From Octopus vulgaris (lineage: Eukaryota), in NCBI GenBank assembly GCA_951406725.2, contig OX597825.1, positions 82,460,001 through 82,524,000 of the forward strand: DNA of 64,000 nucleotides. Reading direction: 5' to 3'. A program made the translations under genes and the position numbers. The notes beneath the pieces are model-generated. The model saw only the letters and a program-made list of their open reading frames with translations. It made no database searches and was not told where the DNA came from. Positions 27,962 to 42,876 of this stretch are shown here, in pieces (positions within the stretch are counted from its first letter, which is position 1; each line of letters begins with the position of its first letter).

Positions 27962-28275
27962 CATACATACATACATACATACATACATACATACATACAT
28001 ACATACATACATACATACATACATACATACGTACGTACGTACATACATACATACATACATACATACATACATACGTACATACATACATACATACATACAT
28101 ACATACATACCTGCATACATACATACATACATACATACATACATACATACATACATACATACATACATACATACATACATACATACATACATACATACAT
28201 ACATACATACATACATACATACATACATACATACATACATACATACATACATACATACATGCATACATACATATA
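27876..28275. repeat. (CATA)n microsatellite, ~400 bp
   Basis: Direct reading; a shorter tract lies at 27670-27762. Confidence 0.97.
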
Positions 28276-29589
28276 TGTAGCTGTGGGTTCGATCCCCATA
28301 CATACTGCTTCCCAATCTTTTTCCGTTGAAGGCTTATGTGTCCCAAATGACACTATTTTCTTTAGCCAATATACGGTGATCTCTTATAAGCTATAAGATC
28401 ATAATAATTATAAATATTTACCACACACACACACACACATTGTAAAATTATAAGTATGGTTATCAAATCGAAGAGTCTCAATATTTACATCTCCTTCATC
28501 GAAGCACGTACTGAAATGTGTATCAGGTTCTAGTGGAGTACACCTTTAAAGCCACAAGTGCACAAGCGAGACTACTTAAACTAATCAAGCCAATTATATC
28601 TTAATTCCTCAATAAGTACCAAGATGCCAGGCGTTCATTATATAAATGCTTTCGTTGCATGTTATCAAGTGAAGTCAGAAACATGCAAGATCGGCAAAAT
28701 TAAAATATTTCTTTACTTCTATAAATACGAAATTCTACAGCAAGCTAATTTCATAACTGCCATCACACACCATTAAATGCTGTTATATTATATTACATAA
28801 TATTACTTAATATTGCTGTTACATATAATTATATTATGTACGCAATATTTTAAGCTCTTGATATCATATGGCATTAAGCAAATGCTCTATGTTGCTCAAT
28901 ATTACATAGTATATTGAAATATAATAATTGCATTTATGTTTCATATTCTAGGAAGACTCGTCTCCCTATTCTGTATTAGATATATTCGGTTGGAAAGAAA
29001 GACCACTCACGTTTTGATCCGATCAGTTTGCAAACACTTTTCTCAATACTTATAACAAAATAAGCATGGATTTTTTTACACTTCCATACTTTACACTTTC
29101 TTTGCAGATTAGTGTCTTCCATAGTGGTTAAATTCGTATAGATTTTACTTTATAAAATTCTGTTTAGATAAGATTTATTTCATACACTGCACGCTGTACG
29201 AATTAATTTGCAAGATTGAAAACACTCTCGAGCATGGCTGGATTTGTTTCTTTCCAACTACGAAAATTTTCGACTTAGGCCAAGAGTGTAACCGGAGAAA
29301 TGACCGGTGGCTCTATGAAGATTCTTCTGATGTGATGTTTCTAGAGTAATACCCACTAGGTTTCCAGCTACTTGCGATGTCCTAGACTGGTAAGCAACAA
29401 AAGTAGTCTCATGCCACCTCACATATTACCGTGCTGCCTTGGAAGAAGGAGCTGAGGCGTTGGAGAGAATTCTCATGCTATGTATGTATGAATGCACAGT
29501 GGAAATTTATTCATATTCAGAAAATAAAAGAATGACACAAACTCAGTACCTTCTCACAAATTCCTGGTAACCTAAACATGGGGAGTCAA

Positions 29590-29790
29590 TCAATCATTAC
29601 GATAATGAAACACAAAACATGTGGCCTCCAAAACTCGCGAGATTTAAATCCCACGGACTGCTACGTTTGGATCGCTGATGAAAGGGGAATTTATTGGTAT
29701 CTTCGGTATATCATAGATTCACTGAAGACTGCTATGGTGAATTAGATGCCCGAAGTCAATAAGGAGCATTTAGTGCAATGAACCTGTCAC
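29590..29790 (+). mobile_element. Tc1/mariner (DD37D-like) transposase relic
   Basis: MWPP/SRDLNPTDCYVW matches the WPPxSPDLNPLDYxVW motif, with a frameshift. Confidence 0.65.
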
Positions 29791-30059
29791 TAAGCTCATG
29801 AGAACTGACATGTGAACAAACAACGAATATGTGAACAGATCTTTTATTGAAATACCCAAGGTATTTGCTAGATCAGTGTTGCTTTATACAATTACCAGAT
29901 ACATTCTTAAATGCTTCTCTCTTACTTTATAGACTGGAGTATAGAGATTCTATACTCAATAATGATTGCATGCAAAATCTACTGTCTTTCACAATCTAAA
30001 CAGCCACACACTCTCATATATTCAAACACACAAACATACAAATGAACGCATTCATACAT

Positions 30060-30600
30060 TCACACATACATATATATATACATACATAGACGTACATGCA
30101 CTCACCACACAGACTCACAAACATATGTATGTTTACATACATATATACTTATAAATATATACATATATACATATATACTTATATACATATATACATATGT
30201 ACATATATACTTACATACATACCTACCAACCTACCTACCTACCTACATACATACATACATACATACATACATACATACATAGATGTGCTTGCACTCACCA
30301 CACACACCCAGAAACATATATATGTAAACATACATATATACTTATACATATATACATATATACATATATATATACATACATAGGCATATATACATACATA
30401 TATACATACATACATACATACATACATACACACTCTACATACATACATATCAAACATACATACATACTTATACATAGACGTACATATATACATACTATAC
30501 ATATATATGTACATACACTGATGATCATACATATCAGCTCTGGCACGTCACATGCACTCACCACACACACTTGCAACCATATATATGTAAACATAATTTA
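30060..30600. repeat. Higher-order tandem repeat built on (CATA)/(TA) microsatellite
   Basis: Motif gcactcaccacaca...catat.t.tgt..acata recurs near 30095, 30290 and 30552. Confidence 0.7.
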
Positions 30601-30920
30601 ATTTATTATGAAACTATCGTCTGTTTTCAAGTTTTCATTTCTTCTCATCTTCCTCTTTGAATGTAATCGTTTTTATATATTTTTCTTTCATATTTTCCAG
30701 CAGCAAAAAAAAAAGTTTTCCTAAATTAAATACACACGTAAACAGATGTAAATACATATATAGGCATACATACTTACGTACATACATATGCATACATACA
30801 TACATACACATAGACATGCATGCACTCACGCATTTAGTTTTCTCCCCAAATACATTAATACAAAAATTTATTTATCTTATACATATATACATATATACTT
30901 ACATACATGCATACATAAGA

Positions 30921-30951
<31 letters not shown>

Positions 30952-31287
30952 CACAGATCTCACACACTCACATACATACACACACACATTACAACCATAT
31001 ATTTATATGCATAGTCTATTATATTTATACATAGACAGAAATATACGCAAGTGTATGAGTGTATATAGACAAAATACTGTATGCATGTTTATACATATGC
31101 CTATATATCTATCTATCTATCTATTTATCTCGATATATATATATATTTTGTTGGATACCCGGAGCCCCTTCCACAAAGTCCTACACAGTTAACTGAATAT
31201 TCTTCAGCACACACTCATGTTAGCGCCTACTTATACACACACACACAAACGTAAACACATGCACACATATGAGCACGCACACACGGA

Positions 31288-31345
<58 letters not shown>

Positions 31346-31789
31346 TATATATATACACATATAAGTATATCTATATACCATTGAAAACAAAGTTCAATCT
31401 TGTTTTCTTGCTTACTTGCAATGTTACACAGCCAAACTGGCGCATGTTATGAAAATACTTTTAAAGTAAAGTGTCCTGAAATGTGGATACGAATGGAATC
31501 GGATCAGTAGTTATTGAAATATTCGGTGTTTTGTAGTATAAATACCCCAAACGGTGTTTAGCGGGAAAATACTCCGAAAATAACTTCACCCTGAGAGGGG
31601 AGAAAATCTAGCCTTTCCATTACTCACATTATGATAGGCAAAATATTTTAAAGCCGAAATGTCTTTAAAAATACAGTAAATATTTCGTAACAGACCAGTT
31701 CATAAGATTCTTTCGGGTGTATTCAACGTATCTCACCTTAAAAAATGTGGCTGGTATTTCTAGCACACCCTGCTACCGCGTAATAGCTA

Positions 31790-32016
31790 TTTGTGATAAA
31801 TTGCCCGTAAATAACTGTTACGTGGTAGCAGGACGGACAAGAAATAATAGCCAAATATTTCTTTTTCTAGGGAAAGAAGCCGTTTACGCGTGATTTCGAT
31901 GTGACATTCGCCGAAAGCATGCAAAATAACATGGCAAAAAAACACGAAACAAAACTCCGTTGCTGGGAAACCCAGACTCCTCCAGTGCCCCAACGGATCA
32001 CGGGTAGTCTAGTCTA

Positions 32017-32017
<1 letters not shown>
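31790..32017 (+). mobile_element. Helitron-like 3' end
   Basis: tgcccaacggatcacgggta hairpin followed by gtCTAGtCTAGt. The 5' boundary is uncertain (possibly ~31369). Confidence 0.4.
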
Positions 32018-32060
<43 letters not shown>

Positions 32061-33154
32061 GCATGTATACAGAAATATACATATGCACAGACGTATAAAT
32101 TATTGGGAATCACATCGATTGTGGTCATTAGTTTAGTAGCATCCATCAGTGATCACCTATAGAATATTCAGAAAGAACATTAATTAAGTAATTAGTAAAT
32201 CAATCTATTAATAGCATTCCAGTATTGTCTGGAACAATTTTAAACAAGTAAGAGGTACTCTACTCATTTCCAAACCTAGAAGTTACGTATAGTTTACGGT
32301 AAAAAAAACTCGTTAAAATTAATGGCATTGCGAGTTCAACGCTACATATGTTTCAATAGCAAGACCTTTTATTGTTTGCATTTATATTACGTCATACGCC
32401 ATTAAAAATCTTGAGGTCGCCAATCTGCGAAGTTGACAGATATCGGTAGAGTTTACATTCCTATAACAAAGATTCTGTAGCACGTACTGAACCGCTGGTG
32501 ACCATTCTTTTAGTTTTTGTGTACATAAGATTGTGCAACATGTGGAAAGTCGGCAATTATTTTCTAGATCAGTTCCGTACATATGACAGCAATTACCGCA
32601 TGTCTACTTATTTCTTTTGTTACCATTTTTCTCTGCCACTTGCGAACTGAAAGCAATACAAACCTTTTACGTGGTTTGAAGAGAGTAATATACCAATTAT
32701 TAACTGTCACTAAATATCCCACGAAGCATATATACGTTCACAGAGACACACACACTCACACACACACAACTATGAGTATAATATACATATCTATGTATAT
32801 ACATTAATACATGTATATACGAATATATATATGTATGTATGCACCTATGAGTCTGTAAATATGTATGTACGGGTGACTATATTTAGAGACAGAAACTAGA
32901 GCCAAACAGAGAAATGTACGATAACATATTGATTTTGAATAGCGATGTACAATTATTAACGGGTGTAATAAATGTATAATCATATACATATACTGTTGTA
33001 CACATGCACATAAACATATTTTTGTATATACATGCATACATACATACACGCATACACACTTACATTCCTACACGCACAGATATAAATATGTATATATATA
33101 TATTTATATACATATCTATATGTATATATGTATATATATACATATATATATGTT

Positions 33155-33192
<38 letters not shown>

Positions 33193-33769
33193 CATATATA
33201 CATACATATATATATATATATAGATAGATATATATATAGATATGCATGCGTGTGTGTGTGTGTGCGTGTGTACAGGTATGTATGAATATGTGTGTGTAAG
33301 TGGTTTGTCAGTGCTTAGACTTTTTATATGCGTGTATATACAGATTTACTTATCAATATCTGCCAAATAATATTTCATAATGTTTGCAGCTTTGAAGGAA
33401 ACATTTAATTTTTTGCCTCTGTTTATTTTTTTTTTTGTTCTTCTAATTTTTGTTTACATATTTTTGTCTTCTTTTCTTATATTTAAGCTTTGATTTTGTC
33501 TCCAGTTGGTCTTTCTAATTTTCATTTTATCTTTATTTTATTTTTTCCTTTAGATTTTTCCCACAGAAGTGTATTTATTATACACACACACATACAGACA
33601 CACACACACACACATATATATATCTTTATATCTTCTTTCGATGGTACGTACCCCACACATGACTGCAGATAAATCAAGTCCATCCATTCGTCACATACTC
33701 ACACGAGCAACTGCGTATCTACCCGTACATAAGTATGCATACACACGTATATATACATAGGTGGAGAAA

Positions 33770-33806
<37 letters not shown>

Positions 33807-33878
33807 AAAGAGCGAGAGAAAGAAGGATAGTGAGCGAGCAGACACAAAAATACAGAGACAGTGAGGCAGAAATATATA

Positions 33879-33933
<55 letters not shown>

Positions 33934-33947
33934 AATTAATCAAAATA

Positions 33948-34000
<53 letters not shown>

Positions 34001-34220
34001 TATACATATATATATATATGTATATATGTATATGTATGTATATATATATAGGTATGTATATATATGTATATATATATATACATCCATATATATATATACA
34101 TATATATATACACACTCATATTTATACATATCTGTATATAAATATCTGTATATACATATATATATATATACATCTCAATATATATATACATATATATAGA
34201 TATATAAATATATGTATACG

Positions 34221-34271
<51 letters not shown>

Positions 34272-34733
34272 GTATCCACGCATACATGCATTTCTTTATA
34301 CATTCAAACATAAATATTTATACATATATACGGAAAATGTGTGCGTGGTTTTGAGTATATTCCGCCATTGCAACATGTCTAACTACTATATATATTCCTA
34401 TATGTTATTTTTTTTCCACTCTTAAAAATAAATTTTACGAATGGTTATATTCTTCCATTTTGTTTTATCCGCAACTGATGGAAGAGGCCTTCTAACTTAA
34501 CAAGCAGAATAAAAACCTGCTATGTTATTAAACGTCTGTTTATATGCATATTCCAGACATGCGACTTGAAATATGCTTTTGGTGAATACTTAAGCTACGT
34601 TATTCCTTCCTTATAAAAAAAAAAAAACAGTGTTTTAATATAGGAGATCGATAATATAAATTAACCAATTGCAATAATGCATTTTTGCATAAATTGATAC
34701 TTATTTACACAAACACACATGCACGCACACACG

Positions 34734-34767
<34 letters not shown>

Positions 34768-34811
34768 GGCGCAAGAGAGGCTGTGTGGTAAGTAGCTGTA
34801 CATACATACAT

Positions 34812-34887
<76 letters not shown>

Positions 34888-35277
34888 ACGAGCAAAACGC
34901 CCTCTCCTCCAATGGGCGGTGCTGAGTTGTCAAATATTTAAACCAAATTTTCTCAAAAAAACTTTTGCGACAACAGCTGATGTACTTGCGCGTACAAATG
35001 CACCTTCCTGCATTGCTGCGGCCAAACGTTTGATACAAGTAAAGAGAATGAATATAATATGTATATATATATGCATATAAGTTACAGGGGATGTAAACAA
35101 ACTAACACCTGTTGTCAATAGGTATTGGAGAGAGACAAACACAGACACGATGACTCAGGCATGCATACACACGCACACATACACCTATTTGAATGTCTAC
35201 GAGAATTAGTTAATACAGTGTTTGAAGTGTAAAGGTGATTTTATAAAAGCATTCAAAAACTATGTTGTAAAATCTTG

Positions 35278-35329
<52 letters not shown>

Positions 35330-35394
35330 CATATATGACAGGCTTCTATCAGTTTCCGCCTACGAAATACACACGCAAGGGTTTGGTCCTCCCG

Positions 35395-35545
35395 TCAATT
35401 CCTACGTTCAAACTCCGCCACGGTCGACCTTATGTTTCATCCTTCCGGAATCGATAAAGTAAGTACCAGTCGAGGACTGGGGTCGATGTAAACGATGTAA
35501 GCCCCTCCCTCACAATTGCTGGCCTTGTGCCAAAATTTAAAACGA
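35395..35545 (+). mobile_element. SINE family M fragment, tail T2
   Basis: gttcaaactccgcc...tttcatccttccggaatcgataaa...ctggccttgtgccaaaattt. Confidence 0.75.
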
Positions 35546-36142
35546 AAATTAAGTACGAGATTTTATCTACTGAAGATCTTCACTGATTTCTGAAATAATG
35601 CTTTCTTGGAGAATCATGACAAAGTATCAAGCACTCGCCATTTACCGAAATCCGAAAACTTACGAAGGCAGTTTCATGTTTTGAACCGTAAGCCTACTAA
35701 ATATAAGTTAAGGTTTATATGTGTTTAATTCTTAACATAGTGACAGCTTTATGAAGGTGTTTCACTCCTTGTTATTTTCTCAACGGAAATCAGAGACAAC
35801 CTGGAATATTAAAGACGGATGAATAAACCTGCCAATCGGTGAAGTGTAAAAATATAACGAACTTAAATTTATGAAGCGTTAATTCCGTTATTTCGTAAGT
35901 AAATGATGTATTCTTCTGTGCAACAAGATTATATTTATAGAAACATTTTAGATTCCGAAACATGCATCTTAAACTATAAGCAATTATATTATATCAGTAA
36001 TTACCTTAATTTATTGAAGCTGATGGAACACACACCATCAACAATATTTCTCCACTGTTTTCAATTCTTGGCTGACCTCTCTCAGATATTTCGAACTGTC
36101 ATTCATGCCTCTGAACTTTGCTTTTTTCTAGGTATGGGTATC

Positions 36143-36377
36143 TATTTCTTTACTACCCATAAGGTTTACTAAACACAGAGGGGACAAACAAGGACAGACA
36201 GACGGATTAAATCGCTTACATCAAACCCAGTGCGTAACTGGTACTAATTTATCGACCCCCGAAAGGATGAAAGGCAAAGTCGACCTCGGTGGAATTTGAA
36301 CTCAGAACGTAACGGCAGACGAAATACGGTTACGCATTTTCCCCGGCATGCTAACGTTTCTGCCAGCTCGCCGCCTT
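36143..36377 (-). mobile_element. Full-length SINE family M, tail T1, 14 bp TSD
   Basis: tRNA-like head (B box gagttcaaattcc) and a central gtcgactttgcctttcatcctttcggggtcgataaa resembling the MetaSINE domain. TSD taggta(t/g)gggtatc. Confidence 0.9.
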
Positions 36378-36956
36378 TAGGTAGGGGTATCGTTTTGATG
36401 CAAAACTCTATATATTGCCAAATATGTGCTTCGCGTTTTACGAACGCTAAGGCGTGACCTAAAGTAAATTTGACTGCTCTTATTAGCAGGCACAATGACT
36501 GTGTAGGATATGCTTTGTAAGCCTGCCAGAATGATAGAATTCTCCTCGAGATTTTATGTATATGATGGGTAAACTACAGACAAGGTCGTTTGTATAGAGA
36601 TAATGATCTCAGAGGTGTAAAATGGTCATTGATAATCGATTAATAAAAAGGACATAACGAATAAATATATAATAAGTTAAACATTGTTAATCAATAATAA
36701 AATGTATAAATAGTTCTGCAGTTAACATATCCATCGAGCGTCCATTTTGTGCAACGCAATATGGCAGGTTTGTTCGTGTGCCAAAATGAAATATCCATAA
36801 TATTTTAGATAAGTCTGGGCATCATCAAATTACATACAATGCATTTTATAGCTCTTGTTGTATAGTCTGAAGTCAGCCTTGTTCGAATACAAATAAAAAC
36901 CTAGGCATTCATTCATTTAGGCTCTTGTATACTAACATAATACATTTAGGAATATA

Positions 36957-37336
36957 CCAGCAGTATCGCCCGGTGTTGCTTGGTTTTGTTTCGACCCTTT
37001 AGAATTGAAATTTTTGAAAAGTAAAATTTATGCATTATGTAGCTTGTTATTCTCTTTAAATGAACATTTTTTTGGTTGAAATACACCGAAAAATGGCAAC
37101 ACAGCAGTCGTAAAAAATAGGGATTTTCATAGAAAAAAGGCACCTTTTTGATGTAAATAATTTTTGACGTTAACATGGTCCGATTTGATTTTTTTCTTCT
37201 ATGGAAGGAAGAGCAAGCCTTCTTCTATCATACTTTCAATTTTGGTCAACTTGCGCCGTAGGGTCTCGGTGGAGATAGTGTTAGTTGAAGGCTACCAAAC
37301 CTGCCATAGACAGACAACTTCAGCTTTATATATAGA
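36957..37336 (-). mobile_element. Non-autonomous Helitron
   Basis: Minus-strand 3' end aaaccaagcaacaccgggcgatactgctgg is nearly identical to the end of 8838-9350; 5' end TCTATATATAAA. The interior differs. Confidence 0.82.
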
Positions 37337-37394
37337 GAAATTAGCGAAAGCAATATATTATCGATTGGCTTCTTAGGAAGCCTTCTCTCGAATT

Positions 37395-37830
37395 ATTGAA
37401 GAAGTGAGAGGGAAATCAGAGCAAGAAGTTCCATGGTCGAACAAACATGAAACACTTCAACAAACATGAAACACTGCTCACCAAAAGCATGAAAGTGACT
37501 TGAAGAGAAGAAGCTGGTGAAAATCCTTGTAAGGAGTGTGCTCCTCCAAGGCTCAGAAATATGGACCATCAAGAGTGGAGAGAGGAGAATCCTGAAATGT
37601 GGTTCTGGTGACGAATGGTGTAGGAACACAAAATGAATGGAAGATATTGGGTTAGAGGAGCACCGTGTTAGAAGAAAAGACACAGAGGGAGAAGACCGAG
37701 AAGGAGAATGAGAGCGATGATGATGGAAGATATATTATCAATCAATGAAGAAGAAAGAACAGGTTAGAGAGTGCTGGAGAAGGATCACCAGGTGAGGACC
37801 TACCTAAGAGCAGACAACTTGAAAGAGAAA
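37395..37830 (+). mobile_element. RTE-like LINE 3' relic
   Basis: KKLVKILVRSVLLQGSEIWTIK..ERRIL/EMWFW matches the LVxSVLLYGxETWT...EMWxWRR consensus. Confidence 0.75.
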
Positions 37831-37868
37831 GGAAGAGTTATAAAAGAATTAGTTATATATGTTTATTA

Positions 37869-38173
37869 TGTGGAGGTGCAATGGCCCAGTGATTAGGGCA
37901 GCGGACTCGCGGTCGTAGGATCGCGCTTTCGATTCCCAGACCGGGCGTTGTGAGTGTTTATTGAGCGAAAATACCTAAATCTCCACGAGACCCCGGTAGT
38001 AGGTGGTGGTGAACCCTGCTATACTCTTTCGCCACAACTTTCTCTCACTCTTTCTTCTGTTGGCCTGCTCGCTTAGCCAGCGGGGTGGCGTCATTTGAAA
38101 GTTAAAACAATGTGAAGCGCATTGTGACCAGCGATGTGTAGCAACATCTGATAGCCTGGTCGGTCACGGAGAT
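37869..38173 (+). mobile_element. tRNA-derived SINE (head A, tail X)
   Basis: Head as in 26720-27029, with a different 3' module ending gcaacatctgatagcctggtcggtcacg. Confidence 0.88.
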
Positions 38174-38999
38174 GTTTATTATACTTTTATCACCTTCATC
38201 GCTATACTTCTTATAGGGAAACCTTGATTGCCTAGATCCTATCTCACATTTTTCATGTTGGATTTTAGCCATTTTATGCGTTCTGAGCATATCTGTTGTA
38301 CGCCATTTGAGGTATTCGTACACCTTATATAATATAAAATGTATAAGTTTAATATTTCAAATAGTCACCTGTATAGTGGTAATTAAACTATAATATGAAT
38401 TATTGAACAGTTAACAATATTATATATTTTTGTAATTAGTTTGCGGAGTGCAATTAGTTTAATGATATTTACTAAGGTTATGTATTATAAGTGTAATTGT
38501 ATATAATTTATCAATATTTATAACTCTCAACGTAAGGGAAATATATCTATAAAGCAGGTGGCTATCGGATTTTGATATAAAGTTACTCAATGGAAACGAT
38601 ATTATTAAGAAAATTTATACATGTAAGATTCTTATAAAAATTCCTATCAGATGACAGCGTGATTTTAAAATTGTAATGTAAATGTCAGTTACCTAAATGT
38701 CGAAATGATACAGAAATGATAGGCTTGTTTAAAATTAATATTTTTTTTTAAATGCTTTGCCTTTAGATTGCTCACAAAAGCATCTTCGCATATATTAAAT
38801 AAATATATACAGTCGTTTATAACTGACGTATGTTAAAAGGTAATTGTATGCGGATGGCTTCAAATTATAAATATTTATAATAAAAATATAACCTTATAAG
38901 CACTCAGCGATGTGCGGTGAGATTCGTGCGATGGAATGTGGGGTGAAAATTCTAACAGCAAAAAGAAGAAAACAATGAAAAAATAGTGAAAATATATAT

Positions 39000-39171
39000 A
39001 GGCGTAGGAGTGGCTGTGTGGTAGGTAGCTAGCTTACAAACCACATGGTTCGGAGTTCAGTCCAACTGCGTGGCACCTTGGCCAACTGTCTTTTACTATA
39101 GCCTCGGACCGACCAAAGCCTTGTGAGTGGATTTGGCAGACGGAAACTGAAAGAAGCCCGTTGTATATATG

Positions 39172-39218
<47 letters not shown>

Positions 39219-39431
39219 ATACATTTGTGTCTGTGTTTGTTACCCCAACATCGCTTAACAACCGATGCTGGTGTATTTACGTCCTCGTAACCAAGCGGCT
39301 TGGCAAAAGAGACCGATAGAATAAGTATTAGGATTACAACGGATAAGTCCTGGGGTCGATTTGCTCGACTAAAGGTTGTGCTCCAGCATGGCCACAGTCA
39401 CATGACTGAAACAAATAACAGAATAAAAGAG
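39000..39431 (+). mobile_element. Full-length SINE family S2
   Basis: Complete head, internal (TA)n(TG)n and taaaagag tail. Confidence 0.92.
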
Positions 39432-39461
39432 CATATAACAAATATAATCCTTTGTTTAAGT

Positions 39462-39740
39462 AATTCTCGAGTCTTGGGACCCATCGGCCCACTTATCCGA
39501 TTTCCATGATGCATAAGTAACCGAGATACTAACAGTCTCCCTGAATGGGAATGCCATAGGGGTTACAAGGTCATAGGGCCACTCTGCTACGGGGTTACTC
39601 ATTTAAAGGTGCGAGGATTGAAACAACGTGAAATGAACTGTTTTGCTGAAGAACGCAACACTCCGCCTGGATCAAGAATCGAAACTGCAATCTTGTGCTG
39701 GTGAGCGAAGCACCCCAACCATTAGGCCACACGCCTTCAG
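39462..39740 (-). mobile_element. Degenerate SINE (head B, tail Z-like)
   Basis: Head matches 6470-6606; the distal part resembles 26730-26830. Confidence 0.6.
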
Positions 39741-40211
39741 CCATTATTTATGAACTCCTCATTATTATGTCTAAATTTTATGTGTGTCTCTTAATGTGGA
39801 CAGTCTGTTTAATTGTTTAGCAAACAAAAGAGAATAACCTGAATTTTATAAAGCTAATCAATTTCCTTGGTAGGCTAAGATTAGTGAATGGCGCATACGT
39901 CAATAAATGGCCATAAATCAATCGCTCAAACCCTATTGAACATCAACTATTATTCATTAATGATATTCATGTAGAGTTCAAGTTTATTAGCAATTGAAAA
40001 ATTATCGAATTCCTATTCTAATTATGTGAATAATCATCGTGTTGAATGGCACTTGGAATGTGATATTTATGTATGTCTGCTTTACACATTGGAAATGACG
40101 TAAAGACAGCCCCCGCATTACGGAAGATCTGCTTTGTGCTCGAAAATCGTGTCGCAACGTGAAATCCGTTACAACAACTATTCTTTTATTGATTTCAATA
40201 TAATAAATCGA

Positions 40212-40345
40212 GATCAAATTCCGCCGAGGTCGACATTGCCTTTCATTTTTTCAGGGATAAAGTACCAGTTGTGTACTGGGGTCGATCTAATCGACTGACC
40301 CCCTCGCCAAAAATGTCTGGCCTTGTGGCTAGAGTAGAAAAGAAT
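40212..40345 (+). mobile_element. SINE family M fragment
   Basis: tcaaattccgccgaggtcgacattgcctttcat core. Confidence 0.75.
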
Positions 40346-40711
40346 ATCTAAAATTCGAGTTGATTTCCGACTGAATTAAAAAATATATATAAATAAAACC
40401 CGCAGTATAAAATCACAATTTTATGCCCACACGTACACACTATCACGCATATACGCATTCGCCCACGCATATTATTGGATGTATACATAGCAAAGCCTTT
40501 GAAGAGAAATAAAAAGAGGAAGAAAAGAGTGGCATAATATTGTTGCAGGGCACGGACTCAACACACAAGACAATGAGAACCGATGCTTACTGACATTTTT
40601 TTGTCATCTAAGACTCAGCCATTAGCATTTGCTTCATGTATGAAGAACTTGTGAACATTCTTTGGTGTTTGCATCGCATCATCTCCTTGTATAACTTATA
40701 GTAGGAACTGA

Positions 40712-41052
40712 GTGGAGGCGCAAATGTCCAGTGGTTAGGGCAGCGGACTCGCGGTTTCGACTGCCTGACAGGGCGTTGTGAGTGTTTATTGAGCGAAAAG
40801 GGGGTGGTGGTGAACTTTGCTGTACTCTTTCGCCACAACTTTCTCTCACTCTCTCTTTCTGTTTCTGCTGTACCTGTATTTTAAAGGGCCAGCCTTGTCA
40901 AACTCTGTATCACGCTGAATCTCCCCAAGAACTACGTTAAGGGTACACGAGTCTGTGGAGTGCTCAGCCACTTGCACGTTAATTTCACGAGCAAGCTGTT
41001 CCGTTGATCGGGTCAACTGGAACCCTCGTCGTCGCAAACGACGGAGTTCCAC
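40712..41052 (+). mobile_element. tRNA-derived SINE (head A, tail Y)
   Basis: Head A joined to the same tail as 6275-6465 (tgcacgttaatttcacgagcaagctgttccgttgat). Confidence 0.88.
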
Positions 41053-42149
41053 CAATAGGAACTGACCTCATTATGGATTGGTAGAGTCGTTAGCGTGTCA
41101 GAGAAAATTTATGGTATTATTTCTGTCAAGTCTTTGTGTTCGAATCCCGCCGACGTCAAATTTGCAATTAGAGTTTCCGTGGAAGGGTACTGTATGATGA
41201 AACTCAGGAGCACAGCCGGGGTCAGTTGAAGTGTTGCATGGACGAATAGGGTAGCGAGGTATTAGAAAGAATAAAAAGTGATGTAAAATTGGTGAAGGAT
41301 GGAGAATGGCGTCGATAGGTGATGACACGAAGGAGATGAACAATGAAAAAAGATGTAGAGAAACAGATAAATTTCATGACTTGAATTGGTACAAAATCAC
41401 ACGAAGAATGAACGCCATTATATGAATGTTAAATAAAGTAAAGAAGCAAGAAGCATCATGGCGTATAAAAGAGTAAAACATGTTATCTCACCTATTGTGA
41501 TTGTGCCTTTAAAATTATTAAAATTTAATCAAATTTCCGCAAGGGAAATATAAACAACGTACTCTGAAATTCTCTGTCATATTTTGCAATGCACGTAAGA
41601 AGAGAATTCTGTAACCAGAGTTTCTGCAAAGCAGAGCAGCTGGAAGTGTTTAGTAATACAGTCTTTAAATAATGTCAGTTTGCCAATGAATTCTACTTAA
41701 TAATGTTGATGTTAATTTAGTTAATATATTGAAACAAGAAACATTAACTAGTCAAATCAACAACAGTAATACGGAGAGATAATTATTAGCTAAAGTGATT
41801 AATTTAGGTGAAGAACGGCAAGGGGAATAACTTCAACCGTTTGTCATTCAAATTAATGATGGAATGTTGGTTCATTGCTCGTTCATTTCTATTGCTCTCA
41901 AGAGAATAATCTTGTCACAATTCTATATCATTCAATATTTGTGTTTCATTATTGGAACAAATTTCAATTTAATAAAATGGAATATATCATAAATTTTTAT
42001 GCTTTATTTTATTCAATTTTCTTTTTGGTTTCAGCTACAATCGTCATAATATCAGTATTCAGCTTTAAAGAACTCCATGTCTATAAGTATAAAATAATAC
42101 ATGTTTCATATTATTCTGCTACAATTTTCATTCTCTTGAGACTTATTAG

Positions 42150-42286
42150 TACTCTTGTACTTGTTTCAGTCATTTGACTGCGGTCATGCTGGAGCACCGT
42201 CTTTAGTCGAGCAAATCGACCCCAGGACTTATTATTTGGAAGCCTAGTACTTATTCTATCGGTCTCTTTTGCCGAACCGCTAAGTT
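42150..42286 (-). mobile_element. SINE family S2, 3' portion
   Basis: tacttgtttcagtcatttgactgcgg...gccgaaccgctaagtta. Confidence 0.85.
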
Positions 42287-42316
42287 AAATGAAGCTGTCC
42301 TCTATGGATCACACCC

Positions 42317-42522
42317 CTACTTCTCAACATAGTCACAGTTTATCTCAATGACAATGTTCCACCTTCGAATGAGAGCATGTATCCCTGCCCCGTAAAATTC
42401 TGTTGATTGTTCTTTGAGTCACTTCTTCACTACAGTTTTCACTTCCTCGTCACTGGAATAATGTTTGCCTCACACACCCTCTTTCATGGGGCCGAAGAAA
42501 TGATAATCTGATGGCGCTAAAT
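42317..42522 (-). mobile_element. mariner (DD34D-type) transposase C-terminal relic
   Basis: Minus strand encodes LAPSDYHFFGPMKEGV*GKHYSSDEEVKTVVKK*LKEQSTEFYGAGIHALIRRWNIVIEINCDYVEK. Confidence 0.88.
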
Positions 42523-42713
42523 TATTCCAGTGACGAGGAGCTGAAATCCATAGGTAATACTTTACGATCATTTCATGCGACTCCATTTAATTGAACAATG
42601 CAAATATTACCTCAGTTTTAAAATGTAGAGCAATCTTTGCTATAACACCATAACAAATTCTGGTGCCTTTAACTTAAGTACTATATTCAACTGAATCTAA
42701 ATTTTACTGAACT

Positions 42714-42727
42714 TATCTATCTATCAG

Positions 42728-42808
<81 letters not shown>

Positions 42809-42841
42809 GTATCTATCTATCTATCTATCTATCTATGTATG

Positions 42842-42876
<35 letters not shown>

